The notes under the pieces were generated by a model, which was not told where the DNA came from, made no database searches, and saw nothing but the letters and a program-made list of their open reading frames with translations. 64,000 nt of DNA from Macrostomum lignano (lineage: Eukaryota), in contig NIVC01002651.1 of assembly GCA_002269645.1 (NCBI GenBank), forward strand, positions 1 through 64,000. The letters are read 5' to 3'. The position numbers and the translations under genes are program-made. Each line of letters starts with the position of its first letter. Position 1 is the first letter of the stretch. Shown here in pieces: positions 25,742-40,511 of this stretch.

Positions 25742-28700
25742 TCATTCATTCACGGCTTCTAGCAAAATCAGGTTCTCAACCGGCCAGCGAATCAAGCATC
25801 TCCTGGGTCCGCGGCCTGGCTTTTGCGCGACTCGAACTGTTGCCAATTTTACTGCTCCGTCTCGTCCCGGATGCACCGCCTCGATAATCCCAATACACCA
25901 GGTGAGCCTCGGTTGGCCAGCTTCGCCTTTCACCAGGACGATGTCACCGATCGTTGCCTCTCGGATCTCGCCGTGCTTAGGATTGAGCCGATGTTCACGC
26001 AGGCTGGTCAGATACTGCCGCTCCCAGCAGTCCCAGAAGGTGTGAAGTCTGGTGCGCATTCGCTTCAGCATTTTTGGCAACGGTAGCAGAAGATCCGGCG
26101 CGCAACTAGAAGTAGGTTCCGCTGTCAGCCGCTGCAACACCAGGAAGTGTGTTGCGGTGTCAGAACTTCTCCTTCGGGCTCGGCATCCACGTAGAGCAGA
26201 GGGCGGCTGTTGAGCACCGCCTCCACCCCATGAGCAGTGTCAGCAGTTCGTCCAGTGTTAGACTTGCATTCAGAAGGGTTTTGCGCAGCGCCAGTTTGAT
26301 GTCCTTAATCAGTCGCTCCTAGAAGCCGCCTTTCCAGGGTGCGCGTTCGGTGATGAACTGCCAGGTAATCTTCCGAGCGGCGCAGGACTCCTGAACCTTT
26401 TGACTCTCCGATGCTTGTAAATCCGCGCGGCTTTGACGAATGTCTTAGCGTTATCGCTGATGAGACTAGGGATACCTCTCCTTGCACAGAATCTCCTTAG
26501 GGCTCTTAAGAAGGTCTCAGTTGTTAGATCTTTCACCAGTTCTAGATGAAGCGCTCGCGTTGCTGCGCAGGTAAACACTAAAATTTAGCCCTTCTCGACA
26601 GCAGTGTCTTCTCTCAGTTTGACCGGACCACATTAGTCGAGCCCGCTCCACTCAAATGCTCTCATTGCTTTCACGCGAGATTCTGGCAACGCAGGAACTT
26701 GCTTCACAGCGAACGGGAGTCCCTAACGGGAGAACTGGAACGGGAGAACGGGAGAACTGCAGACGACGCATTTTCCAAGAATTGCCTTCACTCGCTGCCT
26801 GCCACGGATCAGCCAAAACTTCTCTCGCAGTTTGCAAAGGGTGCTTGGAACTCCCCGGTGCAGAACTTTGCTGTGCGCGTCTCGGATGAGGAGAACTTCT
26901 AGATGAGTCTAGTTCGGGATGAGGATGGGGCAATCAGCAGCTGCACCAACGTTTGATTCTCTCAATCGACCCCGACTTCGGAGCAGACCTTTGCTGTCGA
27001 TGAAGAGATTCAGCTGCTTTGCGAGGTCCGTAGATGCTGTCGACCTTTCAAAGTGAGCAATCTCAGCAGGGAAACTCCTTCGTTGTACATCTTTCAGCCA
27101 ATCAGGACCATGCCACCAGCTGGATCAGTCTTCAGCTTGTCGACCGAAGTGCCGCGAGATGCAACATCGGCAGGGTTCTCACTGCCTGGCACGTGTCGCC
27201 ATGATTCCTCCGGAAGCAGCCGGCGGATCTCAGAGACTCGGTTGTGAACAAAGAGCTTCCATGGCTTGTGCTGTCGGATCCAGTACAGAGTATCGGCACT
27301 ATCTGTCCAGCAGAAAACTTGGCGGACTTGAGGATGTTGACTCAGGGCTGAAATCACTAGTCTGGCCAGTATCAGGGCACCTAATAGTTCCAGCCGAGGA
27401 ACCGACAGGGCCGATAGTGGAGCCACTCTGGCCTTCGCCGTCACCAGGGTACAGCTGACAGAACCGTCGATGTACTGAACTCGTAGGTAGAGACAAGCCG
27501 CGTAGCGCTTTGCGGATGCGTCACAGAAGCCATGCAGCTGCATCTCTTGGACCACCCGTGTCGCGAAAAGCACCAGCCGCGGTACCTGGAATCGTGCTTT
27601 CAGCATGTCCTGCAGCCACTTCTGCCACAGCTGTTCAGTCGGCTCATCCAGCGGGCAATCCCAAGCAACTTTGTGAGCACAGAGTGTCTGAAACATTGTT
27701 TTCGGCCAAGTCAGTATTGGAACTAGGAAGCCGAGAGGATCATAGACACGTGCCAGAAGCTGTAGCATGACTCGCTTGGATTGCGTAGCTCTGAGTAACT
27801 CCTCTGCTGGTGAGAACCGAAGCACGAACACGTCCGATCCGGTTTCCCAGTGCAACCCAAGGACCTTCGACAACACGCCCTCCTCACTCAATGAGGCGGA
27901 GGAATAGCTCCCCTGGTCCTCCGTCATTCTGAGAGTCTCTACTGACAGGGCTGGAGCCAGAATGTCCTGGTCTGTAGCGCTAGCTCGAACTGCGGACTAA
28001 ACCGCTTTACTGTTGGACTGCCAATGGCGTAGATTCATACCTGCCTGGCGGAAGACGTGACGGGATTTTTGGATGAGTTCCATGGCTTGCCGTTCGCTTG
28101 CACACCCAGAGATATGTCCACATAGATCTCTCCACAAACTGCGCATCCTGGTCCCGATGAGATGCTAAATGATGTTGAATGACCGTCTTCAGAATCCCAG
28201 GTGAGCAGGTGAGTCGGAATACCAAAGCGGCGTAACGAAGAACAACGAGTGGCGATTCAGCTCGACTTGGATCCTGTGGCCAGAGAAACCGCAGTGAATC
28301 CCGATCTTCTTCAGCAATGCGAATCTGAAGAAACGCCTCAATATCAGCTGTAAGAGCGATCGGATGAAACCGGAATGCTTGAAGAAGACGAGGAATCTCG
28401 ACCAACGAACACGATCCAGTCTCCAGACACTCATTCAAGAACGAGCTCCACCGATCTCGCTTAGCACTGGCATCGAAAACTACTCTGACCTTCGTCGACT
28501 CTGCTTCAGGACGAATCACTGCTCGGTGAGGCAAGTAGTGGACAAGATGGTGCGTGCCGTCGGGAACCTCATCCACTATTCCAGCTTCTTTCTGGCTCAT
28601 CAGAATGTGGTGGTATTCCTGCAGCAGTGCGGGTTCACGGCGCAGCCTGCTCAGGTTGATCTGAAGCCTCTTGAATGCCACGTCGAAGTTGTCCGGTAAG

Positions 28701-29330
28701 GTCAATTCCTCCTCGGGAAGCCTCCACGGCAGCTTGACTGAGTAGCGCCCATCCTGGAATTGACTGCCTAATTCGAAAGGCCGATGCTCAGGTTCGGATG
28801 CGCTGGTAATGCCAATGCCTTCAAGCGTCCAAAACGTCTCCATGGAACAGTGGTCAAGGCCTTTGAAGCACTTGCTCTTTTTTGTCTTCCAGTCCTCCTG
28901 CCGAAATGGCGTCGGACAAGGAGCCACACAGGAGCCACCAAAGCTGACTAGCTACCCCAACCAGCCCGGTGCTGATTTCAGAACGATCCACCTGTCCTGT
29001 GACAAGGTCATCGAACTGGTCAGCTCCTATGAGGATGCTGATCTCTGGATGCTGCTCGCTGCCGATGTCCCAGTCTGCAGCCATCTGGTGAAATCAGTAC
29101 AGCTCCCGCAGTAGGAAGAACTACTGTCTGGGCCTTGGTGACCATCGCCATAGTCTTTACTTCGTGACTCTTGACACCCTGCGCGGCCGACTGTTCGACT
29201 TTCTTCTTCTCTGAACCCGCCGTATCGAAGGTGCAATAGGCGTCTTGTCTGCCGGTCTCGGTGGCTGTTCCACTGGCGCAGCGCAGACTGGGATGATGCT
29301 TTAACCACAGATCTTATAAACACTAGATAG
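25742..29330 (-). pseudogene. Frameshifted BEL/Pao pol (protease, RT, RNase H, integrase, DUF5641)
   Basis: Recognisable motifs: ISILIGADQF; ALTADIEAFLQI..DRDSLRFLW; LHGFCDAS..YAACLY; AKARVAP..VPRLELLGA; WTDS; WRHVPGSENPADVASRG; FTCAATRALHLELV..FLRALRRFCARRG..SDNAKTF; FWDCWERQYL..GDIVLVK..PGRDG. These are spread over at least six ORF fragments. Confidence 0.93.
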
Positions 29331-29778
29331 GCCACTCCAGCTAATTTATTCACAACACGACGTTTACTCTACTTTCTGCTTAGTAGTAGTAAATACATTT
29401 TAGCGTTATTTATATTTAAAAAGCAAAAAAAACAAAATGAATGCAGTGCAGCAATTGCATTGATTTTAATTGCAAAAAGAAACTTATAATTATACTTTCT
29501 ACAATTCAAAGCAACATAGTGAATGCTTTAGATTGTATTGAAGGCTATATTATTGTAGTCAACTATTGTACATTTAGCAAATACGACCTATATCATATAC
29601 TCTATATTCGTGTAGCAAAATAGAAAGATTTCTCCTCTTATTCAGCTCATCTGTTTCTGAAACTTTCGCAGCGTGCTGTCGAAGCACAGGGTCGCCAGTC
29701 GCCTTTGTTCAGAGGCAGCATTCAGCACGGCTTAAGAGATGAAAAAAACTGGCAAATGCGCCTCTTCAAATCCCCCTT

Positions 29779-29937
29779 AATCAACAATTAAGCGCTCACT
29801 GAGAGGCCTGCGAATATATTAAATATTTAGCTCAGTCTCTCGCAACAACCACCCCACCATGCGCACAGAGGAGGGGGGGACGCCAAGCGTAAATACAAAC
29901 CAGAGGATGCTAGGCAGGCACACAACTAACCCTAACA
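29779..29937 (-). repeat. BEL 5' LTR, truncated (about 50 bp at the U5 end and the PBS missing)
   Basis: Matches 25175-25332 with 4 substitutions and one homopolymer indel. Confidence 0.85.
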
Positions 29938-31832
<1,895 letters not shown>

Positions 31833-32743
31833 GTTTTGAAGGTTCATGCAATGAACTGAGTATTCGCAATAAGAGACTTTAGTTTTTCGGCTACTTTTAG
31901 CCAAACGAATAAAAACCAAGAGCATAGAGCATACTCTCCCTGAAGAGACTGAAAATTATATAATTTAACCTGAAAATTAAATAAGTGTACAAGTAGTTAT
32001 TAAGTATACAAAAAATTCATGGTATGCTGAAAAGTACGCGTAGGTGAATCGATACAAATACATGTCAATGAAGCCCTCTCCTAAACAGTCAGTTGTACCC
32101 CCGCCAGTCGATTGTGCTCGGCAGGCAAACTGTGGCAGACAAATGACAGCATCCCTGTGCAGTGTCACTCAACACTGCTTAAACGGGGTGTGGCTACGGT
32201 GTACTTTCTGCGTGCAGCTGCACCGGTGCACAGCGCCAGACATATTGGTGCAAACGTCAGCACGATAAGGAAATTCCTAATTACTTTTGTCTTGCCATTT
32301 GGGTTCCCGATTATCAACTGCACGCAGTTCCCCCTGCCCTAACTGGCTATTGTGGATCGCTTTGGAGGCAAAAGGAGTCCTGATTAGTGCGACAAAAGTA
32401 ATGATACACGAAAATGAAAGCTGAAGCCGTTAATTCGCGAGCCAAATATCGATTCGAGCATCGCTGAGACTCTGATCCCGTTAAGAAACTGTCCTTAGTG
32501 CATCGATTCGACCCCAAAAACACCCAACCAGCTTAGTTATCTCAGTGTCGCCTCCGGGAAGTTCTTGTCTATGTTCAATTAACGGTTTTTCTGGTCGATA
32601 TCGATTGATTATTCACTGAGACACGGCGATATGACCAACTTCTGTCTATATAATAACTCACCTGATCCTCTGCCGTTGGATTTTCTTAGCGCCGCAATCT
32701 AAGAGTCAAGAGTCCGCCTCTAAAGCTACGGATTTTATTCACA

Positions 32744-35700
32744 ATGCTGGCGCTGCTAATGTTGTCGCTTCTTCTACTAGGAGAAGCCGCAGAAATTGCC
32801 CGGGCCCTGCGCCTCGCCGTGCTGGCTGAGCCGGGGCTGCTGCAGCCGGGTCTGGTGCAGCGAGTCGTCGACAGGCGGGTCAACCAGAACCCGCTGCTGT
32901 TCCCCGGCCTCGGCGAGTCCAACCCGCTCACCTGCCAGCTCGTGTCCGCTGACGACTCCGTCTTGGCTGTGCAACAGAGTGAGACATCTATGCAGAGCTT
33001 ACCAGCAACAGCCATTGTTTATCTATGGCCAGTGCATCAATGCACTCTGTTTATCTATGGCCAGTGCATCAATGCACTCTGTTTATCTATGGCCAGTGCA
33101 TCAATGCACTCTGTTTATCTATGGCCAGTGCATCAATGCACTCTGTTTATCTATGGCCAGTGCATCAATGCACTCTGTTTATCTATGGCCAGTGTATCAG
33201 TGCATTCTGTTTATCTATGGCCAGTGCATCAGTGCACTCTGTTTATCTATGGCCAGTGTATCAGTGCACTCTGTTTATCTATGGCCAGTGTATCAGTGCA
33301 CTCTGTTTATCTATGGCCAGTGCATCAGTGCACTCTGTTTATCTATGGCCACTGCATCAGTGCACTCTGTTTATCTATGGCCAGTGAATTAGTGCACTCT
33401 GTTTATCTATGGCCAGTGAATTAGTGCACTCTGTTTATCTATGGCCAGTGCATCAGTGCACTCTAATACACTAGCTGTAAAACAATAACATTCAAATCCT
33501 ATACTTAATTAATTACCTTGCAGTCTGTCGGTCCAGCGGATTCCACGGCCTCGTGGCAGTCGGCAGCTGCTCTCTGGGCAGCTCGGTGCACCGGCTGGCC
33601 AAGTCCTTGCGAGTGCCCGCCATTTTTGTGCCAGCGGGGGAGCTGTGCCAGCTGGACACTGCAGAGTCTGGTATGTGAGCTGTGCCTGCTGGACACTGCT
33701 GAGTCTGGTATGTGAGCTGTGCCAGCTGGACACTGCTGAGTCTGGTATGTGAGCTGTGCCTGCTGGACACTGCAGAGTCTGGTTTGTGAGCTGTGCCAGC
33801 TGGACACTGCAGAGTCTGGTTTGTGAGCTGTGCCTGCTGCATGGACACTGCTGAGTCTGCTTTGTGAGCTGTGCCTGCTGCATGGACACTGCTGAGTCTG
33901 GTATGTGAGCTGTGTAGCCAGGTGCATCAAGACCCGTCCGCCAACCCAATTGCAGAGTTCTCATTCGTTGGTGAAGACCATCCCATCGGCCGCATTGGGT
34001 CTATCGAAGCCTTGCTTCGGTCAAAGTCAGCCAGTGTCGTGTCGATATTTTTCGACAATCATCAGAGTGAGCACAGGCGTTTTGAACTCAACTCTGCCGT
34101 TCATCACTTCTTTTAAATGCCTAGTTAATACAAAAAATTGAAAAAAACACTTCAGATGAGCAGCTCATTCGGTCCCTGCACAACCAGTTGGCTGATGCGG
34201 GCATTGCGACAGTCAGCTTTCAGCTTGACACCATTGGAGTGAACCTGTCAAGGATTTTGAAAGATTCCATCAAGAAGAAAGTGAAGTTCAATGTAGTACT
34301 GGCAGAGCCGGATGCAGTTTACAGTTTAATTGAACAGGTAAATTCGGCTTCTTTGACAGACTTGTGCCTAAAACTCTGTGCCTTAGGGGTCGGCCACTGT
34401 GGTTGTGAATTGCAAAGGTGGGCGACACGTGACAATTTTTTAACTTCATGATGTATCACCTGTACTGTTGTGGTTTTGCAGGCGGTTCAAGCGGAGGCAG
34501 TGCAGGCCCACTACTACTGGCTGGCTCTGGACGAGGGGCTGCGGCCGAACCAGCTGCTGCGGCTGCTGCCGCCCAACGTGTCGGCCAACGTCATGCTGGT
34601 CCGCGGCTCGAGTCACGGCCTGCTGGATCCGCAGCGGCTGCGGCTGAGCGGCGGCTGTCCCGACGCTCTGCGAGCCGTCATGGGCGACTCGTGCGATCCA
34701 GGAGCTGTCAGCGTGAGCACTCTGGCTGCTGGGACAGAAACTTCATGAGCCTTGGCATCTGAGCATTCTCATTGAGCCTTGGCATCTGAGCATTCTCATT
34801 GAGCCTTGGCATCTGAGAATTCTCATTGAGCCTCGGCATCTGAGCATTCTCATTGAGTCTTGGCATCTGAGCATTCTCATTAAGCCTTGGCATCTGAGCA
34901 TTCTCATTGAGTCTTGGCATCTGAGCATTCTCATTGAGCCTTGGCATCTGAGAATTCTCATTGAGCCTCGGCATCTGAGCATTCTCATTGAGTCTTGGCA
35001 TTCCGGCCATTGTGACCCGTGGTGGGCAAGCCATTGTGACCCGTGGTGGGCAAGCCATTGTGACCCGTGGTGGGCAAGCCATTGTGACCCGTGGTGGGCA
35101 AGCCATTGTGACCCGTGGTGGGCAAGCCATTGTGACCGTGGTGGGCAAGCCATTGTGACCCCTCAGCCTCCGTAGCTGCAGATGCGCTCCCGGTTGCACT
35201 CAGTGAACTCATTCTCTCATCGAACATTCCAGTCTGTTGAGCTGCGCACCATTGACGCAGTTCTGGCCATGACGAGGGCTGTCCACAGCGTCACAGGCGG
35301 CTACACCAGCTCGAGCTCCACCAACGCCAGCTGCAACGGCGCCACTCGAGCGTGGCCTGATGGAACACTGGCAGCTCGCGCTCTCGCTAAGGTTGTGAGC
35401 GACTTGTCTGCATTCCAACACATTCACATCCGGCATCACTGATGGGAAACTTTTCATTGGAATTCCAGACCACGGACTTCAACACACTCGGCTCTCTGAT
35501 TTCCTACAATGGCACCACGAGGCACTTCACCAGCTACATCGAGGCGGTGTCCACCTTCCACGCCTTCTACACGAGTCCGCTGAGGTACATCGAGAGCGCC
35601 AGGTACCACCCCGACAACGCCTCGCTCAGCGTCTCGTTCGTCTACAAAGACAGGCGACTGGCTTTCCCGAACACCTTCGTGGACTTCAAGAACCGAACTC

Positions 35701-38700
35701 TGCGAGTCTGCGCTCCGGATGTAAGTGGAGAAGGCTTGCTATTAAGTTTGTAGGAGTATTGCTCACCTAATTTAAGACTTTAACAGTAGAACAACCTAGA
35801 GGGGGAAGAATTCCCCCTGACAATTTTTTGTCAACGCAGGCACACAAAATTCAAGAACACAGGCTAACTTTTTGTTGCGCACCTTCTCAAACAAGAATCA
35901 AGTCGCCAGCCCTCCAGACCGTCGAGATATTCGACCATTCTGCCAGAAGGTCGGAATTTTTCCATAAGCGCTACTGTTCTCAGTACACCCCAGTGCGCCA
36001 AACAGCACTGCGCCAAGCCTCTAAATTTCATCATCACGTCGAAGACATGTGTCTGCATCAGCTCTGACTTCGTTGGTCACTGGCCTTCACCCTGGCGGAG
36101 CTTCTGGACCTTCACCCTGGCGGTGGGCAAGCCTCAACTGCTGGACATCCTCAGCTAGTCTCTCAAGAATTCCGTCATCACCTCGATGTTGAATTTCGTG
36201 TGCCTGCGTTGCTCCCCCCGTCCGGCGGAAAATGGCTTGGTTTTCCTACTGTTGATCCGGCTTTCCAGTTCCGGCCGTACACCGTATTCGATAACAGGAC
36301 GGACGGCAAGGTCACTGGCCACTCTGAAGATCTGCTTAACGTGCTGAGGATCGACCTTAATTTCTCGTGAGCGCCGAATAATACTTGAAAATCATGATGC
36401 TTTCGGATAAAAGAGAGTTAATGAACCGCTTTTGTTGATCTGAATCTGTAGCACCATCGTTTTAAAGCCGCCTGATGGCGTCTTCGGCACTCCGATCAAT
36501 GGAACTCAGCAATTTTCCGGCTGCATCGGAGAGCTGCAGAAGGGAGTGAGTCGTGCTGCTTGCTTCTATTCAATGCTTTTCTTTCCAAAGTAAATTTAAA
36601 CTGGGGATTTTTAATACAGTCTTTAATTAGTCTTTGTTGTCTTTGTTGTTCCTGTCTATGACCAGTCCTCACCTGCTCCTGTCTATGACCAGTCCTCACC
36701 TGCTCCTGTCTATGATCAGTCCTCACCTGCTCCTGTCTATGACCAGTCCTCACCTGCTCCTGTCTATGATCAGTCCTCACCTGCTCCTGTCTATGACCAG
36801 TCCTCACCTGCTCCTGTCTATGACCAGTCCTCACCTGCTCCTGTCTATGACCAGTCCTCACCTGCTCCTGTCTATGACCAGTCCTCACCTGCTCCTGTCT
36901 ATGATCAGTCCTCACCTGCTCCTGTCTATGATCAGTCCTCACCTGATCCTGTCTATGATCAGTCCTCACCTGCTCCTGTCTTTGACCAGTCCTTACCTGC
37001 TCCTGTCTATGATCAGTCCTCACCTGCTCCTGTCTTTGACCAGTCCTCACCTGCTCCTGTCTATGACCAGTCCTAACCTTGCTGAACTCGAACCGTTGCA
37101 CTTCTCACAAGAATTCGGATCTGGCCATGCTGTTTGCCATCACGAACGTTCGCTATGCCGTCGTGGACTACTTGGATGACTACCTGTACTCATCCAACAA
37201 CATCCTGGTCCGCATACCGCCTCCTGCCAGCAAAATCTGGAACGTGTTCACGCCGATGACTCCGCAAGTTTGGCTGCTACTGGCTGCCTCCATCTTCATC
37301 GTGCCCTTCATCATCTACCTGTTGGCCTTGTTCAGCCCTTTCTCCGCTTATAACCTCAAACTGAGCTTTGGTTTTGCCGACGAAATCTGGTACAAGGAGC
37401 ACCTCTGGTCCACCATAGGCAGTTTCTTGCAACAGGGTCAGGACTTTTATCCGTTCGCAATGTCTGCCCGAATCGTGATGGCTTTCTGGTGGCTGCTCAC
37501 CGTTATTATATTTGGAGCCTACACCGGTGACCTTGCGGCTCACCTGGCTACATCAGTCAGCAGTCTGCCGATCCAGACTCTGCAGGACCTGGTGTCCATG
37601 CCTTACTACACTGCTTTAGTACCAAGGGGAACCAACATTCAGACAGCGATCGACATGGCTACGTCGGGACCGATGTTCCAGCTGAAGTCCATGACTGTGC
37701 TGGTGCAATCGCACGAGGACTGCGCTAGGAAGGTGAGGCTCGAAAAGGCAGACTTGTTTTGTTGGCGGCACGAGAGTTGCCCGCCGGGAGCTGAATAGAG
37801 ATTTTCGGCAGGCGTAGCCATGTACTCACCGCCCAGCAGCTGGTTGCAGCCAGCTTCTAGCAGGAAGCAGTTACAGGCACCTTTGTAGTTTGCCCCTCTG
37901 TAGCTGGCGCCCCCTCTGTAGCTGGCGCCCCCTCTGTTGCTGGCGCCCCCTCTGTAGCTGGCGCCCCCTCTGTTGCTGGCGCCCCCTCTGTTGCTGGCGC
38001 CCCCTCTGTAGCTGGCGCCCCCTCTGTAGCTGGCGCCCCCTCTGTAGCTGGCGCCCCTCTGTAGCTGGCGCCCCCTCTGTAGCTGGCGCCCCTCTGTAGC
38101 TGGCGCCCCCTCTGTAGCTGGCGCCCCCTCTGTAGCTGGCGCCCCTCTGTAGCTGGCGCCCCTCTGTAGCTGGCGCCCCTCTGTAGCTGGCGCCCCCTCT
38201 GTAGCTGGCGCCCCTCTGTAGCTGACGCCCCTTTGTAGCTGGCGCCCCCTCTGTAGCTGGCACCCCCTCTGTTGCTGGCGCCCCCTCTGTAGCTGGCGCC
38301 CCTCTGTAGCTGGCGCCCCCTCTGTAGCTGACGCCCCTCTGTAGCTGGCGCCCCCTCTCTTGCTGGCGCCCCCTAATCCAATCTACACACCCTATCACCC
38401 CAGCTACACCCTAGAACCTCAGTTGCATTCCCAGTAACCCAGCTACATACCCAGTTCCCCAGCTACACACCCCAGTAACCCAACTACACACCCCAGTAAC
38501 CCAGCTACACACCCCAGTAACCCAGCTACACACCCTAGTAACCCAGCTACACACCCTAGTAACCCAACTACACACCCCAGTAACCCAGCTACACACCCCA
38601 GTAACCCAGCTACACACCCCAGTAACCCAGCTACACACCCCAATAACCCAGCTACACACCCCAATAACCCAGCTACACACCCCAGTAACCCAGCTACACA

Positions 38701-40306
38701 CCCCAATAACCCAGCTACACACCCCAATAACCCAGCTACACACCCCAGTAACCCAGCTACACACCCCAGTAACCCAGCTACACACCCCAATAACCCAGCT
38801 ACACACCCCAGTAACCCAGCTACACACTCCAGAACCCCAGCTACATGTACATAACCCAGTACCCCAGAGCTCTACATACCCTTAGTAGACACTCAGTGTC
38901 TCGCGTACAAAATTTACGCGGGAAAATCTCGGCGGACAATTCTTGTACATTTAGATCTCGTTTGGTTTCGTGTAGAGTCTCAGTCTTCAAAATATTGCCT
39001 GCATTTTCAGCTTTTAGCAACAAACAATCCGTACACTGTGTGCATCGCGGATCAGATGTCCAATCTGTACTTTGCTAACCAATTCTGCGAAAATGTTTAC
39101 GTGGCTAAGGAATATTTTAACTTTTACTATCTGGCTTGGACGGTGCCACAGGATGCGTTTTACATCGATGCTATGAATTTTGTGTAAGTTTATTAAATGT
39201 TTATGAGATTCATGATGGACTGTAGATCTTTGAGTCGTTAAGCGTATGCGCACTGATTCGAAATACTCCAAGATCCTCAGGCCTCTCCAGCTCTTCGCGC
39301 TAACTTAAGGGTTCTGCTGATACGCACTTCAATTCCTCAAGCTAGCCCACACTGTACATTCGTTTCTAAATTTAGGGCTTCTGCTGATACACGCTTCAAC
39401 TCCAACCCCCTCAAGCTAGCCCACACTGTACATTCGTTTCTAAATTTAGGGCTTCTGCTGATACACGCTTCAACTCCAGCCCCCTCAAGCTAGCCCACAC
39501 TGTACATTCGTTTCTAAATTTAGGGCTTCTGCTGATACACGCTTCAACTCCAACCCCCTCAAGCTAGCCCACACTGTACATTCGTTTCTAAATTTAGGGC
39601 TTCTGCTGATACACGCTTCAACTCCAGCCCCTCAAGCTAGCCCACACTGTACATTCGTTTCTAAATTTAGGGCTTCTGCTGATACACGCTTCAACTCCAA
39701 CCCCCTCAAGCGAGCCCACACTGTACATTCGTTTCTAAATTTAGGGCTTCTGCTGATACACGCTTCAACTCCAACCCCCTCAAGCTAGCCCACACTGTAC
39801 ATTCGTTTCTAAATTTAGGGCTTCTGCTGATACACGCTTCAACTCCAACCCCCTCAAGCTAGCCCACACTGTACATTCGTTTCTAAATTTAGAGCAGTTT
39901 TTTTAGATTATATACTTTCTTTGTAGTTATACTCAAACAGTTCACTTAGTCTCATTTTACTGTGTATTCAATTTTTTTATTCTCCTGTACTACCAGTCTT
40001 ACTTTATCTAACAACACCGTTCTCATTCTTACTAAATTTCCTCTTGCTGAAACATCCACCAGCGTAAGTCGAGCCAGAGAGAACGGCCTCGTTGACATGC
40101 TCCGACTGAAGTACTTTCCAGCCAGCAGCTCAGAGTGCTCAAGCTCCCAGCTGATGGCGGAGGCTGACCCAATCAACCTGGATGGCATCGGCGGATCCTG
40201 TTTGGTGCCAGGAGTCCTGTATTTAATTGGAATGCTCATCCTGCTGCTTGAGCTCTTCTGGACCGCCTGTCTGAGCAAGGACCCGCTGCAATGCATCATA
40301 TTCTGA
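32744..40306 (+). CDS. Divergent iGluR/IR-like copy 3, 12 exons, about 849 aa
   Basis: Exons 32744-32978, 33524-33670, 33956-34066, 34156-34337, 34482-34712, 35233-35394, 35469-35720, 36269-36366, 36452-36545, 37112-37732, 39011-39183, 40063-40306. Intact; M3 reads AYTGDLAAHL; exons 8-12 and their introns are diverged from copies 1 and 2. Confidence 0.9.
35832..36211. mobile_element. Candidate MITE or fold-back element in intron 7 of copy 3
   Basis: A 23 bp inverted repeat with 1 mismatch: CAACGCAGGCACACAAAATTCAA (35832-35854) and TTGAATTTCGTGTGCCTGCGTTG (36189-36211). No clear TSD. Confidence 0.4.
36650..37078 (+). repeat. Copy-3 intron-9 minisatellite, 27 bp unit (TCCTCACCTGCTCCTGTCTATGACCAG)
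   Basis: About 16 copies ending about 40 bp before the exon-10 acceptor. Confidence 0.95.
37895..38850 (+). repeat. Copy-3 intron-10 double minisatellite: 20-21 bp (CTCTGTAGCTGGCGCCCCC) then 21 bp (CCCAGCTACACACCCCAGTAA)
   Basis: Arrays at 37895-38372 and 38430-38850. Confidence 0.95.
39315..39891 (+). repeat. Copy-3 intron-11 tandem repeat, 73-74 bp unit x8
   Basis: Unit CTGCTGATACACGCTTCAACTCCAACCCCCTCAAGCTAGCCCACACTGTACATTCGTTTCTAAATTTAGGGCTT. Confidence 0.95.
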
Positions 40307-40511
40307 CTTTCTATTGATAACAGTGTCTATTCAATGCCACCCATAATTATTGAATGCACCGCATGTAAGAACAATGCCCTATGTTCAAATCATGGCCGCA
40401 CTTTACTACTTGCTAAGCGAAGTAGTCGCATCGCAAACAACTCTATTGCAAACTCAATAAAGTTCTATCTGACACTTTTAACGGCCTCATTATCGCCAGC
40501 TGTCGTTTGGA

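Larger units (their letters stand above)
25124..29937 (-). mobile_element. Decayed BEL/Pao LTR retrotransposon
   Basis: TG...CA termini and a 5 bp TSD AGTTA (25119-25123, 29938-29942). Domain order is PR-RT-RNaseH-IN-DUF5641. The 3' LTR is 25124-25332 with an adjacent PPT (AGGGGGAG on the minus strand); the partial 5' LTR is 29779-29937. There are many frameshifts and stops. Confidence 0.95.
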
